A stretch of DNA of 64,000 nt from the IMG/VR virus record IMGVR_UViG_2061766007_000494; one strand, given 5' to 3'. Each line of letters begins with the position of its first letter. Position 1 is the first letter of the stretch. The stretch comes from an uncultured virus (IMG/VR IMGVR_UViG_2061766007_000494) (taxonomy: Duplodnaviria > Heunggongvirae > Uroviricota > Caudoviricetes). The position numbers and the translations under genes are program-made. Under the pieces are notes generated by a model, which searched no databases, was not told the origin of the DNA, and saw nothing but the letters and a program-made list of their open reading frames with translations. This document shows, piece by piece, positions 52,452 through 61,995 of the stretch.

Positions 52452-54410
52452 ATGCGAGACATAAAGAAAGATATTGCCAACTACCGGGCCAAGCGGAAAT
52501 CTCGCATGGACGAGAGAAAGGCCCGGTTCGACTTTGAGGTTGGTGTGTATCCTGCTGACGAGACGGGCGACAAGGAAGGTCATGGCAACACTAGGCTTCC
52601 TTACGGGCTGTGCAAAGCTGCTGGTATAGATACCGAGGGCATGACCCCTGCGGATGCGTGGTCAGCGTTGGAGGACAAGACTGGTATCAAGGCGGACAAG
52701 GCTTACGACAAGATTGAGAAGGACGGCGACGCTAAGAAGCTCGCAAAAGAAGCCGAAAAGCTGTCGAAGAAAAAACCGAAGAAGAAAAAGGAAGAGCCGG
52801 AGGGGGAGGCTGGAACCGAAGAGTTCATTGAGCCTGTGGTGACAGCACCCGATAAGCCTGTGGCGGCTCTGACCCCGACTACTTTCAAGTCAACTATTAG
52901 CAGCCTGTCTTCTACGTCGCATTCGGTCAAGGATTTTTCCAAGGCTATAGAAAAAGAAATCATGCCCCGAATCAAGAAGGGTCAGACGCTTGATGCTGGG
53001 GGACACTCCTACTACTGCAACGGCGAGGGTTTTGAGACTGAGAAGGGCGAGGAGAGAACAAAGGCATTCGTGGCGTATCGTCTGGCTAAGTACGCAAAGG
53101 AGAGCGGCAGTTCACTTTCCCTGAAAACCGAATCGTCCCTTCACAGTTCGAAGGAAAGTGAGAAGGCAGCAATGAAATCCGCTGCTGCGACGCAGTTCAG
53201 GAATGCGATGATGGCGGCTAGAAATACCGTTATGAGCGGTGTGACACATGCTGCTGGTAAATGCGCAAAGCACGTTGAGCTGGTTCTGGATGAACTGCCA
53301 ATTGGCTCCAAGGTCAACTACGTGCTTGTGAACAGCGACGGTACGACTGGGAAGAAGGCAACCGTTGAGAAGGTGGGGGATAATCAATACTACCTGAACA
53401 ACGGGACGAAGAAGAACGCGGAGCAGGTATCGTGGTATCTGACCCGTAATCTTGAAGTGAGTTCGATTCCGAGCTTGGAGGCGGATGACCTGTCCCTCCC
53501 AAGTGCTTTGCTGACTACCGGAGGCTATAAGGGCGTTCCTGAGAGCGTAACTATGTCGAAGACGGCTCCGAGTTTGATGTCACACACAAAGGTTTCTCCC
53601 GCGACGAAGGCTGCGCTGAAGCCCGGTACGCCTATCACGGTGAAGAAAACTGCTTCTGATGCAGGCAACACACCGACTATGAAGTTCGGTAGTAAAGCAC
53701 GTTCCCTGTGGCGTGCGGTAAACTCCAAACTGTTCAAAAGTTCGGATGTCAAGGCTGTTGAAAGCGGTATGAAGCGGCTGATGGACGAAAACGAGTTCTG
53801 CATGAGCCGGAGTGGGAACACGCTGAAAATGATTTTGGAAACTGGCTTCAAGAATCAGATAGAGGTTCTTGAAGGAGATGGAACTTCCGATTCAATCAGC
53901 TACGCAAATCCAGATGAACGTAGGAAAGCTTCACAAAGATTGTTCGGGACACCGTTGGACACGAAATCGGAATCCTACGAGAAATATGGCTTCCTTGGTA
54001 ATCCTTGGAGCTACGACGGCGATTACGGTTCCACCTACGGCGACGTAACTCTAGTGTTCGATAAGGACAAAATCAAGAATCGCACGACGTATACCTTGGG
54101 CGACTCCCTTGGCCCTTCGGTAAACAGGGGAATGGTTGCCGGACAGGTGGGCGACAATCCTACGTTCGAGGGCTGGTATCTGTCGAGGCCGAAAGCAAAG
54201 GCTTTGGATATGCTCAAAAACGGTGCAAGCCTGAGTGAGATTCTTTCCTATACGAAGAATGCGTACCTTGAACTTCAGTTCCACGGCGAGCTGACCATGA
54301 GTGATGTGAAGTATATCGTATTCAAGAGCGAGTCTGCATATAAGAACTACGTCACCGCCGAAATGCAAAAGGCATTTGATGACCTCGGTATCGAAGTTTC
54401 AATCAAGTGA
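52452..54410 (+). CDS. Head-module effector 1 with a C-terminal DUF3626-like (putative ADP-ribosyltransferase-fold) domain
   Basis: GFKNQ, YEKYGFL, YGDV, TYTLGDSL, YLELQFHG; shared basic leader. Confidence 0.6.
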   Translation: MRDIKKDIANYRAKRKSRMDERKARFDFEVGVYPADETGDKEGHGNTRLPYGLCKAAGIDTEGMTPADAWSALEDKTGIKADKAYDKIEKDGDAKKLAKEAEKLSKKKPKKKKEEPEGEAGTEEFIEPVVTAPDKPVAALTPTTFKSTISSLSSTSHSVKDFSKAIEKEIMPRIKKGQTLDAGGHSYYCNGEGFETEKGEERTKAFVAYRLAKYAKESGSSLSLKTESSLHSSKESEKAAMKSAAATQFRNAMMAARNTVMSGVTHAAGKCAKHVELVLDELPIGSKVNYVLVNSDGTTGKKATVEKVGDNQYYLNNGTKKNAEQVSWYLTRNLEVSSIPSLEADDLSLPSALLTTGGYKGVPESVTMSKTAPSLMSHTKVSPATKAALKPGTPITVKKTASDAGNTPTMKFGSKARSLWRAVNSKLFKSSDVKAVESGMKRLMDENEFCMSRSGNTLKMILETGFKNQIEVLEGDGTSDSISYANPDERRKASQRLFGTPLDTKSESYEKYGFLGNPWSYDGDYGSTYGDVTLVFDKDKIKNRTTYTLGDSLGPSVNRGMVAGQVGDNPTFEGWYLSRPKAKALDMLKNGASLSEILSYTKNAYLELQFHGELTMSDVKYIVFKSESAYKNYVTAEMQKAFDDLGIEVSIK

Positions 54411-54424
54411 TATAAAAGAAATAC

Positions 54425-54453
54425 TTGACTAATTCAAGCAAACGTGTTATATT
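54425..54453 (+). promoter_or_regulatory. Internal sigma70 promoter ahead of the putative immunity gene
   Basis: TTGACT-N17-TATATT. Confidence 0.65.
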
Positions 54454-54476
54454 GAGGTCTTAAAGGGGTGATACGA

Positions 54477-54839
54477 GTGGTATTCAAAGTGGTTGGCCGT
54501 GAAGTGAACGGGATGTTTGTGCTGTTCAGCCTTGGCGACGGCGTGTATGCGACCGTCACGAAGGACGGGGAAGTAAGGTACAGCCTCGGATGGGCGAACA
54601 TGACGAAGTTTGTAACGATAGACACGAGAGGCGCGGGGGCTGTTCCGGCTGAGGAGCTGCGGACGGCTAAGTTTGTGCTGAACAGCAAGTACGACCCGGC
54701 TGAGGTTGAAGAGCTTCGGACGATGGCGATTGAAAATATGGATGAAGTGGAGTTCAACGAAGCTGCACAGGAGCGGTACAGCGAGCGGATAGCTCAGTTG
54801 CCGGTGAATCCTGACGGTTCGTTGAGGCTATACCGATAG
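54477..54839 (+). CDS. Putative immunity protein 1
   Basis: Small gene following effector 1; paralog of 56524..56916. Confidence 0.55.
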   Translation: MVFKVVGREVNGMFVLFSLGDGVYATVTKDGEVRYSLGWANMTKFVTIDTRGAGAVPAEELRTAKFVLNSKYDPAEVEELRTMAIENMDEVEFNEAAQERYSERIAQLPVNPDGSLRLYR

Positions 54840-54849
54840 GAGGATTACG

Positions 54850-56511
54850 ATGGGCGTGGTTGTCTACATTGATGAATACAGGAAGCGCAGGCAGAAGCGT
54901 CTTGATGAACGCGGTGTGCGAATGGACTACGAGGTAGGCAACTTCCCTGGAGACGAAGCTGGAGACAAGGTTGGAAAGCATGGAGGAGCTTCTACGAGGC
55001 TTCCCTACGGGCTTTGTAAGGCAGCGGGTATAGACACCACCGGAATGACTCCGAGCGAAGCGTGGGCGGCTCTGGCAGGTGAGACGGGCATCAAGCCGAA
55101 GGATGCCTACAAGGAGCTTGAGAAGAAGGGTTCCGCTAAGGACTTGGCGAAGGAAGCCAAGGAGAAGGCGAAGGAAGTCCCTGAGAAGGAGAAGCTGACC
55201 GGCAGTGAGTATCTTGTGAACGCTCCGAAAACGAAGGATGCTGCGGACAGGTTCAAGGCTGCGATTGATATGTCCACGGACAGGGAGACGGTGGAGAAGG
55301 CTCTGACCGGCGTTCCTGTGGGAGGTGTGGTTCATTACACTCCGATAGACAAGCACGGGACAATCACCGAGAAGGACGCAACTGCGAAGAAGAACGCGGA
55401 CGGTACGTTCACTACGGATATCGGGACTACGGTAAGTGCGGAGCTGTTGAGCTACTGGGTGAACCGGGACAGGAAGCGCGGAAAACCGTTCAGTCTGGAA
55501 GCGGATGACTTCACGATGCCTACTGGTGCAACACTGGCTACACCTCCTGCGCCGAAAGCTCCCGAAGCTCCGAAGACCGCTGAACCTGCGAAAGCTGCTG
55601 AACCTGCGAAAGCTCCTAAGAAGACAACGAGCAAGAGTAAGTCCCCGGCACATTTGGTGCTTCCTGCGGCTCCGGCGATTACTGGGACGAAGATTCCGGT
55701 GAGGACAACGAAAGAAGTTGACATCCCGAAGCTGAAAACGGTTATAAACGCTCAGGCAAAACGCGATGACTGGGCAGCGAAGCATCCGAAATATGAGCCT
55801 TACAAAGAAAAGCTTACAGCGGGAATGAAGTACCTGTTCGACAAGAATGAGTTCTGCATGAACTTCAGACCGCAGGTGCTCGAAAGCATTCTCAGAAAGG
55901 GATTCCTGAATCAGATGCAGACCGCAAAAGACCCTGAAATTTCGCACAAGACGGGCGGTTCGTACACACCTGATGGGCGGAAGAAAGCGTCTGCGAATAT
56001 GTTCGGTACTCCGAAGGGCACGAAGGCGGAGGACTATGAGCGGTACGGATATCTTGGAAATCCTTTGAATCCCAAGACGGAGGCCGAGGGATACGCGAAG
56101 TGGTACGGCAGCGTTACGGTACTGTTCAAGAAGGACAACGTGAAGAATAGAGTAACGTACACCTACTCCGACAGCCTTGGCATGGGACATTCCGGGAGTG
56201 CTGTACCTGGCAAAGACGGAGACGATACATCATGGGAGGGAGCTGGATTCTCCGGTTTTTCGTACTATGGAGGAGATAAACCTTCTCACATGATGCAGCA
56301 GGTTATGGATGCTCCAAGCAAGAAGCTTGGGTTGGAGGACGTGGTAGACACCGGATACTTGGAGCTTCAGTATCACGGCGATTTGACAATGAGCGACGTA
56401 GATACTATAGTGTTCAGAAGCCCCAGCGATTACAGCTATGTGACCCCGGACATACAGGAGGCGCTTGACGCACTTGGAGTTAAAGTGGTCAAGCTGTGGG
56501 AAAAAAAGTGA
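54850..56511 (+). CDS. Head-module effector 2, paralog of effector 1
   Basis: Same leader, RLPYGLCK module, and GFLNQ/YERYGYL/YLELQYHG domain. Confidence 0.6.
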   Translation: MGVVVYIDEYRKRRQKRLDERGVRMDYEVGNFPGDEAGDKVGKHGGASTRLPYGLCKAAGIDTTGMTPSEAWAALAGETGIKPKDAYKELEKKGSAKDLAKEAKEKAKEVPEKEKLTGSEYLVNAPKTKDAADRFKAAIDMSTDRETVEKALTGVPVGGVVHYTPIDKHGTITEKDATAKKNADGTFTTDIGTTVSAELLSYWVNRDRKRGKPFSLEADDFTMPTGATLATPPAPKAPEAPKTAEPAKAAEPAKAPKKTTSKSKSPAHLVLPAAPAITGTKIPVRTTKEVDIPKLKTVINAQAKRDDWAAKHPKYEPYKEKLTAGMKYLFDKNEFCMNFRPQVLESILRKGFLNQMQTAKDPEISHKTGGSYTPDGRKKASANMFGTPKGTKAEDYERYGYLGNPLNPKTEAEGYAKWYGSVTVLFKKDNVKNRVTYTYSDSLGMGHSGSAVPGKDGDDTSWEGAGFSGFSYYGGDKPSHMMQQVMDAPSKKLGLEDVVDTGYLELQYHGDLTMSDVDTIVFRSPSDYSYVTPDIQEALDALGVKVVKLWEKK

Positions 56512-56523
56512 GAGGGGAGAACA

Positions 56524-56916
56524 ATGAAGTACGAGAAAGTGGTTGGGAGGCAGATTAACGGCGGATGGGTGCTGTTTAAGCTTCCGAACGGAACCGCTGC
56601 GCTGGTTACGCCTGATGGAGAGGTTGGATTCTTCTACTCTTGGGCACAGGCGCTTCGGTTTACGATGATTGATGCGAGAGGCGCTGACTGCGTACCCGCA
56701 GATGAACTGCGAAAGGCTATTGAAGTTCTCAAACAGACCAAAGAGGACGAGCCGGAGTACGTGGCAATGACCGAAAAGCGAAAAGAATTGAGCCAGCATG
56801 AAAACGGCACGAAGTTCCTAGACGATATGGAACGTGAACACGAAGAGTGGTGTGCGAATGCCCCTACCCACAAGGACGGACGTTTGGTGTGGGGCTACGA
56901 TGACGAAGAAGACTGA
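56524..56916 (+). CDS. Putative immunity protein 2
   Basis: KVVGR..NG..VLF.L..G..A.VT.DGEV...IDARGA..VPADELR shared with 54477. Confidence 0.55.
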   Translation: MKYEKVVGRQINGGWVLFKLPNGTAALVTPDGEVGFFYSWAQALRFTMIDARGADCVPADELRKAIEVLKQTKEDEPEYVAMTEKRKELSQHENGTKFLDDMEREHEEWCANAPTHKDGRLVWGYDDEED

Positions 56917-56953
56917 GGGGGCTGACAGCGCCCTCTAAGAGAGGTGCGCAAAA

Positions 56954-57832
56954 ATGGCAGACCTGAAGGCGATTCTGAATTACTACATTCGCAGAAACCG
57001 GAGGCTTAGAGACCGAGGGTGCGATTCGTTTTCGATACGCGACTCCATATTTGCGATTGGCTCCATTCATAACGACAGCAAGAAGCAGCGCGACAAGCGG
57101 CTGAAAGAGCTGGTAGATGCCGGTAAGGCGCATTGGGTCACGGTCAAAGGAACTGCAATCTGTATCGGGAATTACAGCGGGAAAATCGTAGGAGGCCCCA
57201 AGAAGTTCATAGGGAAGACCAGAGCCGAAGCGTTCAGTGGCGAAGAGATACAGGAAATAGAAGCCCAAGAGAAAGCAGCCGCGCAGAAAGCCGAAGAAGA
57301 AAGAAAAGCCAAGGAAGAACAAGAACGGAAAGAAAAGCTCCATCAAGACCGGATTCGCAGGGGACAGCTTACCGGTGAAAAAATCAAAGAACTTCAAAAG
57401 AACATCAAAATATCTGCCAAAGGGAAAAACAAAAGCATCGGAGGATACCGCATCACAGACACAGCCGACTTCCTTGATAGGCACAAGAAAAAGCACGGTG
57501 GAGAGCCGCCGTTCCTTGGAATGACAGATGATGAATTTGAGGCCGCAGGTGTGGCGCTTTTATCGGCTCCGTGTGGGAATGGGATAATGGGAGGTATTGT
57601 TGCGGAATTCGTCGATGGAGTTCCAGTTGATGCGCTTATCCGATATAACCGAAAGACCGGAGAAATGGTCAAGGGAATACCTGGCGCTTATCTCCTGACA
57701 CACTCCGTATTGAAGTATTGGGAAGATACAGACGCCGACGATGACAAGAAAGTAGTCAATAAGAACTGGAAGGAAGACGGATACGATTATTTTCTGCGGC
57801 AAATGGGATGGACGAGAGGACGTGAGGGATAG
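56954..57832 (+). CDS. Head-module effector 3 with a putative RNase toxin C-terminus
   Basis: Leader, WVTVKGT..GKIVGGP module, then HKKKHG...LIRYNRKTGEM...GYDYF. Confidence 0.55.
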   Translation: MADLKAILNYYIRRNRRLRDRGCDSFSIRDSIFAIGSIHNDSKKQRDKRLKELVDAGKAHWVTVKGTAICIGNYSGKIVGGPKKFIGKTRAEAFSGEEIQEIEAQEKAAAQKAEEERKAKEEQERKEKLHQDRIRRGQLTGEKIKELQKNIKISAKGKNKSIGGYRITDTADFLDRHKKKHGGEPPFLGMTDDEFEAAGVALLSAPCGNGIMGGIVAEFVDGVPVDALIRYNRKTGEMVKGIPGAYLLTHSVLKYWEDTDADDDKKVVNKNWKEDGYDYFLRQMGWTRGREG

Positions 57833-58136
57833 GATGGTTGACGGCGCTCATTACTGCCCTGTGTGCGGGAAGCACATTTTCAACAGCTCTGATTCTTACG
57901 AGGATTGCCCTGTGTGCGACTGGACAGACAATAGATATCAGGAGCAATACCCTGATGAGAGCGGATGTGAAAACCTGTTTAGCCTGAACAAAGCGAAACG
58001 AAGATACGAGCAGTACGGAACAGTACTTCCTTATGACCTTTGGGAAGATTGGGCTAAGACGGACGAAAAGTGGGCCAGCAAACTCAAAAACACCGACATG
58101 GCTCCTGATAAGTATACCGGATTCCTGAGACGGTGA
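57822..58136 (+). CDS. CPCC-type cysteine-rich protein (putative immunity)
   Basis: CPVCG...YEDCPVCDW.D...N..SLNKAK. Confidence 0.8.
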   Translation: MRDRMVDGAHYCPVCGKHIFNSSDSYEDCPVCDWTDNRYQEQYPDESGCENLFSLNKAKRRYEQYGTVLPYDLWEDWAKTDEKWASKLKNTDMAPDKYTGFLRR

Positions 58137-58161
58137 TGGAGGACACTGTGCAAGAAAGACC

Positions 58162-58194
58162 AAAGCGGCGGGATAACACCCGCTGCTTTTTATT
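58162..58194 (+). terminator. Intrinsic terminator after the CPCC gene
   Basis: AAAGCGGCGGG-loop-CCCGCTGCTTTTT. Confidence 0.7.
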
Positions 58195-58212
58195 TGCCGG
58201 GAGGCTATAGAT

Positions 58213-58977
58213 ATGGACATTGCAAAAGACATTCAGGCGTATCGGATGCGCAGACAGCATCGCCTTGATAGTCGAGGGATTCGGCTTGACGAGGAAGAAG
58301 CGAAAAAGACTGGTACGAGGCTTCCCTATGCTCTTTGCAAAAAGGAAGGAATTGACACTACCGGTATGACCCCGCGTGAGGCGTGGAAAGCCTTAGAAGG
58401 TCAGACCGGCGTTAAGGCGAAAGACGAGTACGCCAAGCTCAAATCCCGAAGTACGCCGAGAAGCGGCGAATTCGCCTTTGCGACAACCTCCGATAACCTG
58501 CAGATAGGGAAGACGGACTACGGTGCGGTGACGAAGAAGGTCAAAGACAACGCCGCGTGGAAAAAAGAAATCGCAGACGAATTGGACTCACTTCCGAAAG
58601 GCGCGGTAGTTGATACTGGCGGTAGAAAGGTGGTTAAGCTGGGGAATGGCGTGTGGGGCGGGGACGGCTCCGAGTACGACCCCCGCTACCAGATGTCGGA
58701 GAGTGACCTGGCGAAGAAGCTGGAAACGAATGCCCTGATGTATAGCAAAGCACCAACCTACGAAGTGGGGAAGCGCAAAGCTAAAGGGAACCCGGCTAAG
58801 GTAAAAGTTGAGCGTATGGAGTACGCCAAGAAAGTGTATCCTACAGCCAAGATAACGGCGATTAAAAGCACTAGAAACTATACTGACTATACGGTAGACC
58901 GAGGAGAAAAAAGTGAGCGTTACCGTGTCTACGAAAGCCGTAACGGAAATCGGTACGGATGCCCGCTCAGGGCTTAA
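58213..58977 (+). CDS. Leader-bearing head-module protein
   Basis: YRMRRQHRLDSRGIRLD leader and RLPYALCK module. Confidence 0.7.
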   Translation: MDIAKDIQAYRMRRQHRLDSRGIRLDEEEAKKTGTRLPYALCKKEGIDTTGMTPREAWKALEGQTGVKAKDEYAKLKSRSTPRSGEFAFATTSDNLQIGKTDYGAVTKKVKDNAAWKKEIADELDSLPKGAVVDTGGRKVVKLGNGVWGGDGSEYDPRYQMSESDLAKKLETNALMYSKAPTYEVGKRKAKGNPAKVKVERMEYAKKVYPTAKITAIKSTRNYTDYTVDRGEKSERYRVYESRNGNRYGCPLRA

Positions 58978-58988
58978 AGGAGTATAAG

Positions 58989-59654
58989 ATGGAAAAACAG
59001 AAAGCCATTGAGAGATACAATAAGAAGCGCGAGGCGCGGATTGCCAAACAAGCGCGGATGGACTGGCGGGATTTCAGCGGTTTGGAAGATACGCTGGACG
59101 AGTACGACTACGTAGACAATCGTTCTCAGAGCCAGGTGTTGAATCCTCCAAGCGCGGTGAGGAAAGTAAACCCGAAGGATGAGATTGAGGAAATCAACCG
59201 TTTCCTGAACAACTACCGCAGACTTGGGAACTTCGGGCAGGTACACATTGCTATCACCAAATTCCCCAACGGAAGCGCTATCAGCTACGACGGCGAAGAC
59301 TGGGTAAAGGACGGCGACAAGTGGAACCCGCGAGAAGCAAAGCCCCTCCGTACTATCGACTTCGCTAAGAAGATTCTCCAGGACGGCAAAGAGGTTGAGT
59401 ACGACCCGAATGGGAAGAAGAAAGCCGCGCAGAATACGGAGAACCTGATGCGGGAGCTGTGGCAAAGTGGCGACCGGGGCGGGCTGAACAAGCTGCTGGA
59501 AAGCAGACCAGAGGGAAGCAAGTTGTCCATCGGCGGCGTTGAATACCGCAAAGACGGTTACCTCAAGTGGGAGAACAACGGCGAGAAGTACGGCAGCAGG
59601 AGCATGACCGAGCGCATCGACAAGGCCGGAGGAAAGTTTACGTATAACTGCTAA
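58989..59654 (+). CDS. Leader-bearing head-module protein
   Basis: YNKKREARIAKQARMD leader. Confidence 0.65.
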   Translation: MEKQKAIERYNKKREARIAKQARMDWRDFSGLEDTLDEYDYVDNRSQSQVLNPPSAVRKVNPKDEIEEINRFLNNYRRLGNFGQVHIAITKFPNGSAISYDGEDWVKDGDKWNPREAKPLRTIDFAKKILQDGKEVEYDPNGKKKAAQNTENLMRELWQSGDRGGLNKLLESRPEGSKLSIGGVEYRKDGYLKWENNGEKYGSRSMTERIDKAGGKFTYNC

Positions 59655-59667
59655 GGGGTGATTCGAG

Positions 59668-61995
59668 TTGGCAGATATCGAAAAATACGAAAAAGGGTAT
59701 GAGCGGATGCTTCACAAAGCAACCGGGCAATCTGTCAGCTCATATCACGCGGATTCCGCCGACTTCCGGGAAGACGGCTATGTGAATATGCTCAACAAGT
59801 ACGGCACATCTCAGGACGTGACGGAGCATTATCACTTTGTACCGGAGTTCCCTGTACCAGATGTGGTGCTGGCGGCGAACTACGAATCAAATGGACTGTT
59901 TGCCAAAATCATAGATACTCCTGCTGAGGAAGCTACGAAGCACGGGTTTGAGTTGGAAGGAATCACAGACAAGGTTATCGAGGACTATGCGATAGATATG
60001 TTGGATGACCTTGACTGGGAGGAAGTTGCTACCACCTGCATCAAGTGGGCGAGGCTATTTGGCGGCTCAATGGCGGTGATGCTGATAGACGATGGCCGAG
60101 GGCTTGAAGAACCCCTTGATTGGAAGCACATCAAGTCTATCGAAGACATCAGAGTGTTCGACCGTTCGAGAATCCAGCCTGATTACGGAAGCATCTATCA
60201 CTACGACCCAAGGAACAAAATACGTGGTTCCCGCTTGGGAATGCCCGAATACTACCAGGTATTCAGCCGAGCGGGAAACTTTGTGGTTCATGACAGCCGA
60301 TGCCTCACCTTCCAGAACGGGATTCTTCCTGAGATAACGACTAATTCCCTGTACCGCGTCTGGGGCGTTCCAGAATACCTCAGAATCAACAAGGCTATAA
60401 GGGATGCGGAAGTAGCCCACGGAAGTGCCCCGAAGCTCCTAGACCGCTCTGTGCAGCCCATATACAAAATGCGGGACTTGTCCGCAGAGCTGGCTACAGA
60501 AGAAGGGGAAGACCGGGTAATTCGGAGATTACAGGCTATCGACATGGCGAAGGGTATGATGAATACTATCGCAATCGACAGCGAGGGCGAGGAGTACGAC
60601 TTCAGAACCTTCCAATTCTCCGGCGTATCGAGCGTGATTGATTCAAGCTGCAACTTCCTGTCCGCTGTGACCTCAATTCCGCAAACGATACTGTTTGGGC
60701 GTTCTCCTGCGGGTATGAACGCAACCGGACACGCGGACTTTGAGAACTACTACAACTACGTTGAGCGGATTCAGAAGAGGATGCTTCGGAAGAATCTGCG
60801 ATACCTCTTGTCTATCATCTTCAAAGCGGGAATTGCTCAGAAGAAGATAGATGAAATGCCAACGATAAACATTAAGTTCAATCCTCTGTGGAGCCTTACC
60901 GAAGAAGAAGAAACCGCATTGGAGCAGCAGAAGGCGCAGGCGCAGCTTGCAAGGGCGCAGGTTGCCCAAGCCTATGTTGCTATGCAGGCGCTTGACCCAA
61001 GCGAGGTCAGAAATAGTCTTGCCAAGAGCGATGACTTCGATGTGGAAACCATGCTGGATGACTACACGGAGGAAGAGCTTGAAGAATTCGCCCCGCAGGG
61101 AGGAGACCCGATGGCCGCTATGATGGGCGGCGGCGGTGGTAATCCGATGGCTGCTATGATGGGCGGCGGGGTGCCTGATTCCCCGAAGGAATCCAGAACG
61201 GGAGAATCGGGGGCGAAGGTAGAACTTGAAGAATTGCAGCAGGCCCACGAAATCGACAAGGCGCAAGAAGAACTGAGGCTTGCCCATGAAGTCGATAAGG
61301 AGCAGGAAGAACTTCAGCTCGCTCATGAAGTTGATAAGGAATTGGAATCCGATGAATTGGAACCGGAAGAAAACACCGACGAAGCGGAGGATTCCGAGAA
61401 CCCTTATGAAACTACCTACTGGAAGAGCCGGGTGATGGATGTTGCGAATCATACCGGCGCTGACTACGAAGACAGCGAATCCATGCTTGTCGCTATCGAA
61501 GATTTCATAGAATCTCCCGACCGCATTGTGAGCGTCCAGAACGGCCTTAGCGAAGAGGAATATGCTGACGAGTACGGTGATGATTACGACATTTCTGACG
61601 CAGAGGGAAAGCTTCTGGAACGCTACATCGCTATGTCCTTCAAATGGCGGGGAGGAAACCTGTTCAGGGTGATTAACGTCCCCGCAGAGGAAGCGGTTGA
61701 ACTTCTGAAGAACATGGAAGAAGGACGAAAGTTCGCCTTTGACGTTACGACCCTTTGGACTGTCCGTGGTGCTTTGAAAGATAGCGATTTTGAAGAGATA
61801 AAGGAAAAGGGCGAAACGCCTGTGGTGTTCGTCTGGAAGCGTGCAAAGAGCGGAACTGCGGTGACTTACCTTGCCCCTGGAAGCGCAGAAAAGGTAATTG
61901 CAAGCCGGAATCTTATGCTTGCGGCTAGAAAGGCATATGAACTGGACGGCGTAGTGTTCGTGGAGTGCAAAGAGGTGAGCGATAATGAGCTATGA
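59668..61995 (+). CDS. Portal protein (DUF1073 type) with a long C-terminal extension
   Basis: YESNGLFAKIID.PAEEA, WARLFGG, IPQTILFGRSPAGMNATG..D.ENYY, FNPLW. Confidence 0.9.
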   Translation: MADIEKYEKGYERMLHKATGQSVSSYHADSADFREDGYVNMLNKYGTSQDVTEHYHFVPEFPVPDVVLAANYESNGLFAKIIDTPAEEATKHGFELEGITDKVIEDYAIDMLDDLDWEEVATTCIKWARLFGGSMAVMLIDDGRGLEEPLDWKHIKSIEDIRVFDRSRIQPDYGSIYHYDPRNKIRGSRLGMPEYYQVFSRAGNFVVHDSRCLTFQNGILPEITTNSLYRVWGVPEYLRINKAIRDAEVAHGSAPKLLDRSVQPIYKMRDLSAELATEEGEDRVIRRLQAIDMAKGMMNTIAIDSEGEEYDFRTFQFSGVSSVIDSSCNFLSAVTSIPQTILFGRSPAGMNATGHADFENYYNYVERIQKRMLRKNLRYLLSIIFKAGIAQKKIDEMPTINIKFNPLWSLTEEEETALEQQKAQAQLARAQVAQAYVAMQALDPSEVRNSLAKSDDFDVETMLDDYTEEELEEFAPQGGDPMAAMMGGGGGNPMAAMMGGGVPDSPKESRTGESGAKVELEELQQAHEIDKAQEELRLAHEVDKEQEELQLAHEVDKELESDELEPEENTDEAEDSENPYETTYWKSRVMDVANHTGADYEDSESMLVAIEDFIESPDRIVSVQNGLSEEEYADEYGDDYDISDAEGKLLERYIAMSFKWRGGNLFRVINVPAEEAVELLKNMEEGRKFAFDVTTLWTVRGALKDSDFEEIKEKGETPVVFVWKRAKSGTAVTYLAPGSAEKVIASRNLMLAARKAYELDGVVFVECKEVSDNEL

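Noticed and set aside
36065..54839. Genome-wide TAG reassignment
   Set aside because: TAG ends normal-length genes (integrase, 44180, 54477), and other conserved genes are not interrupted.
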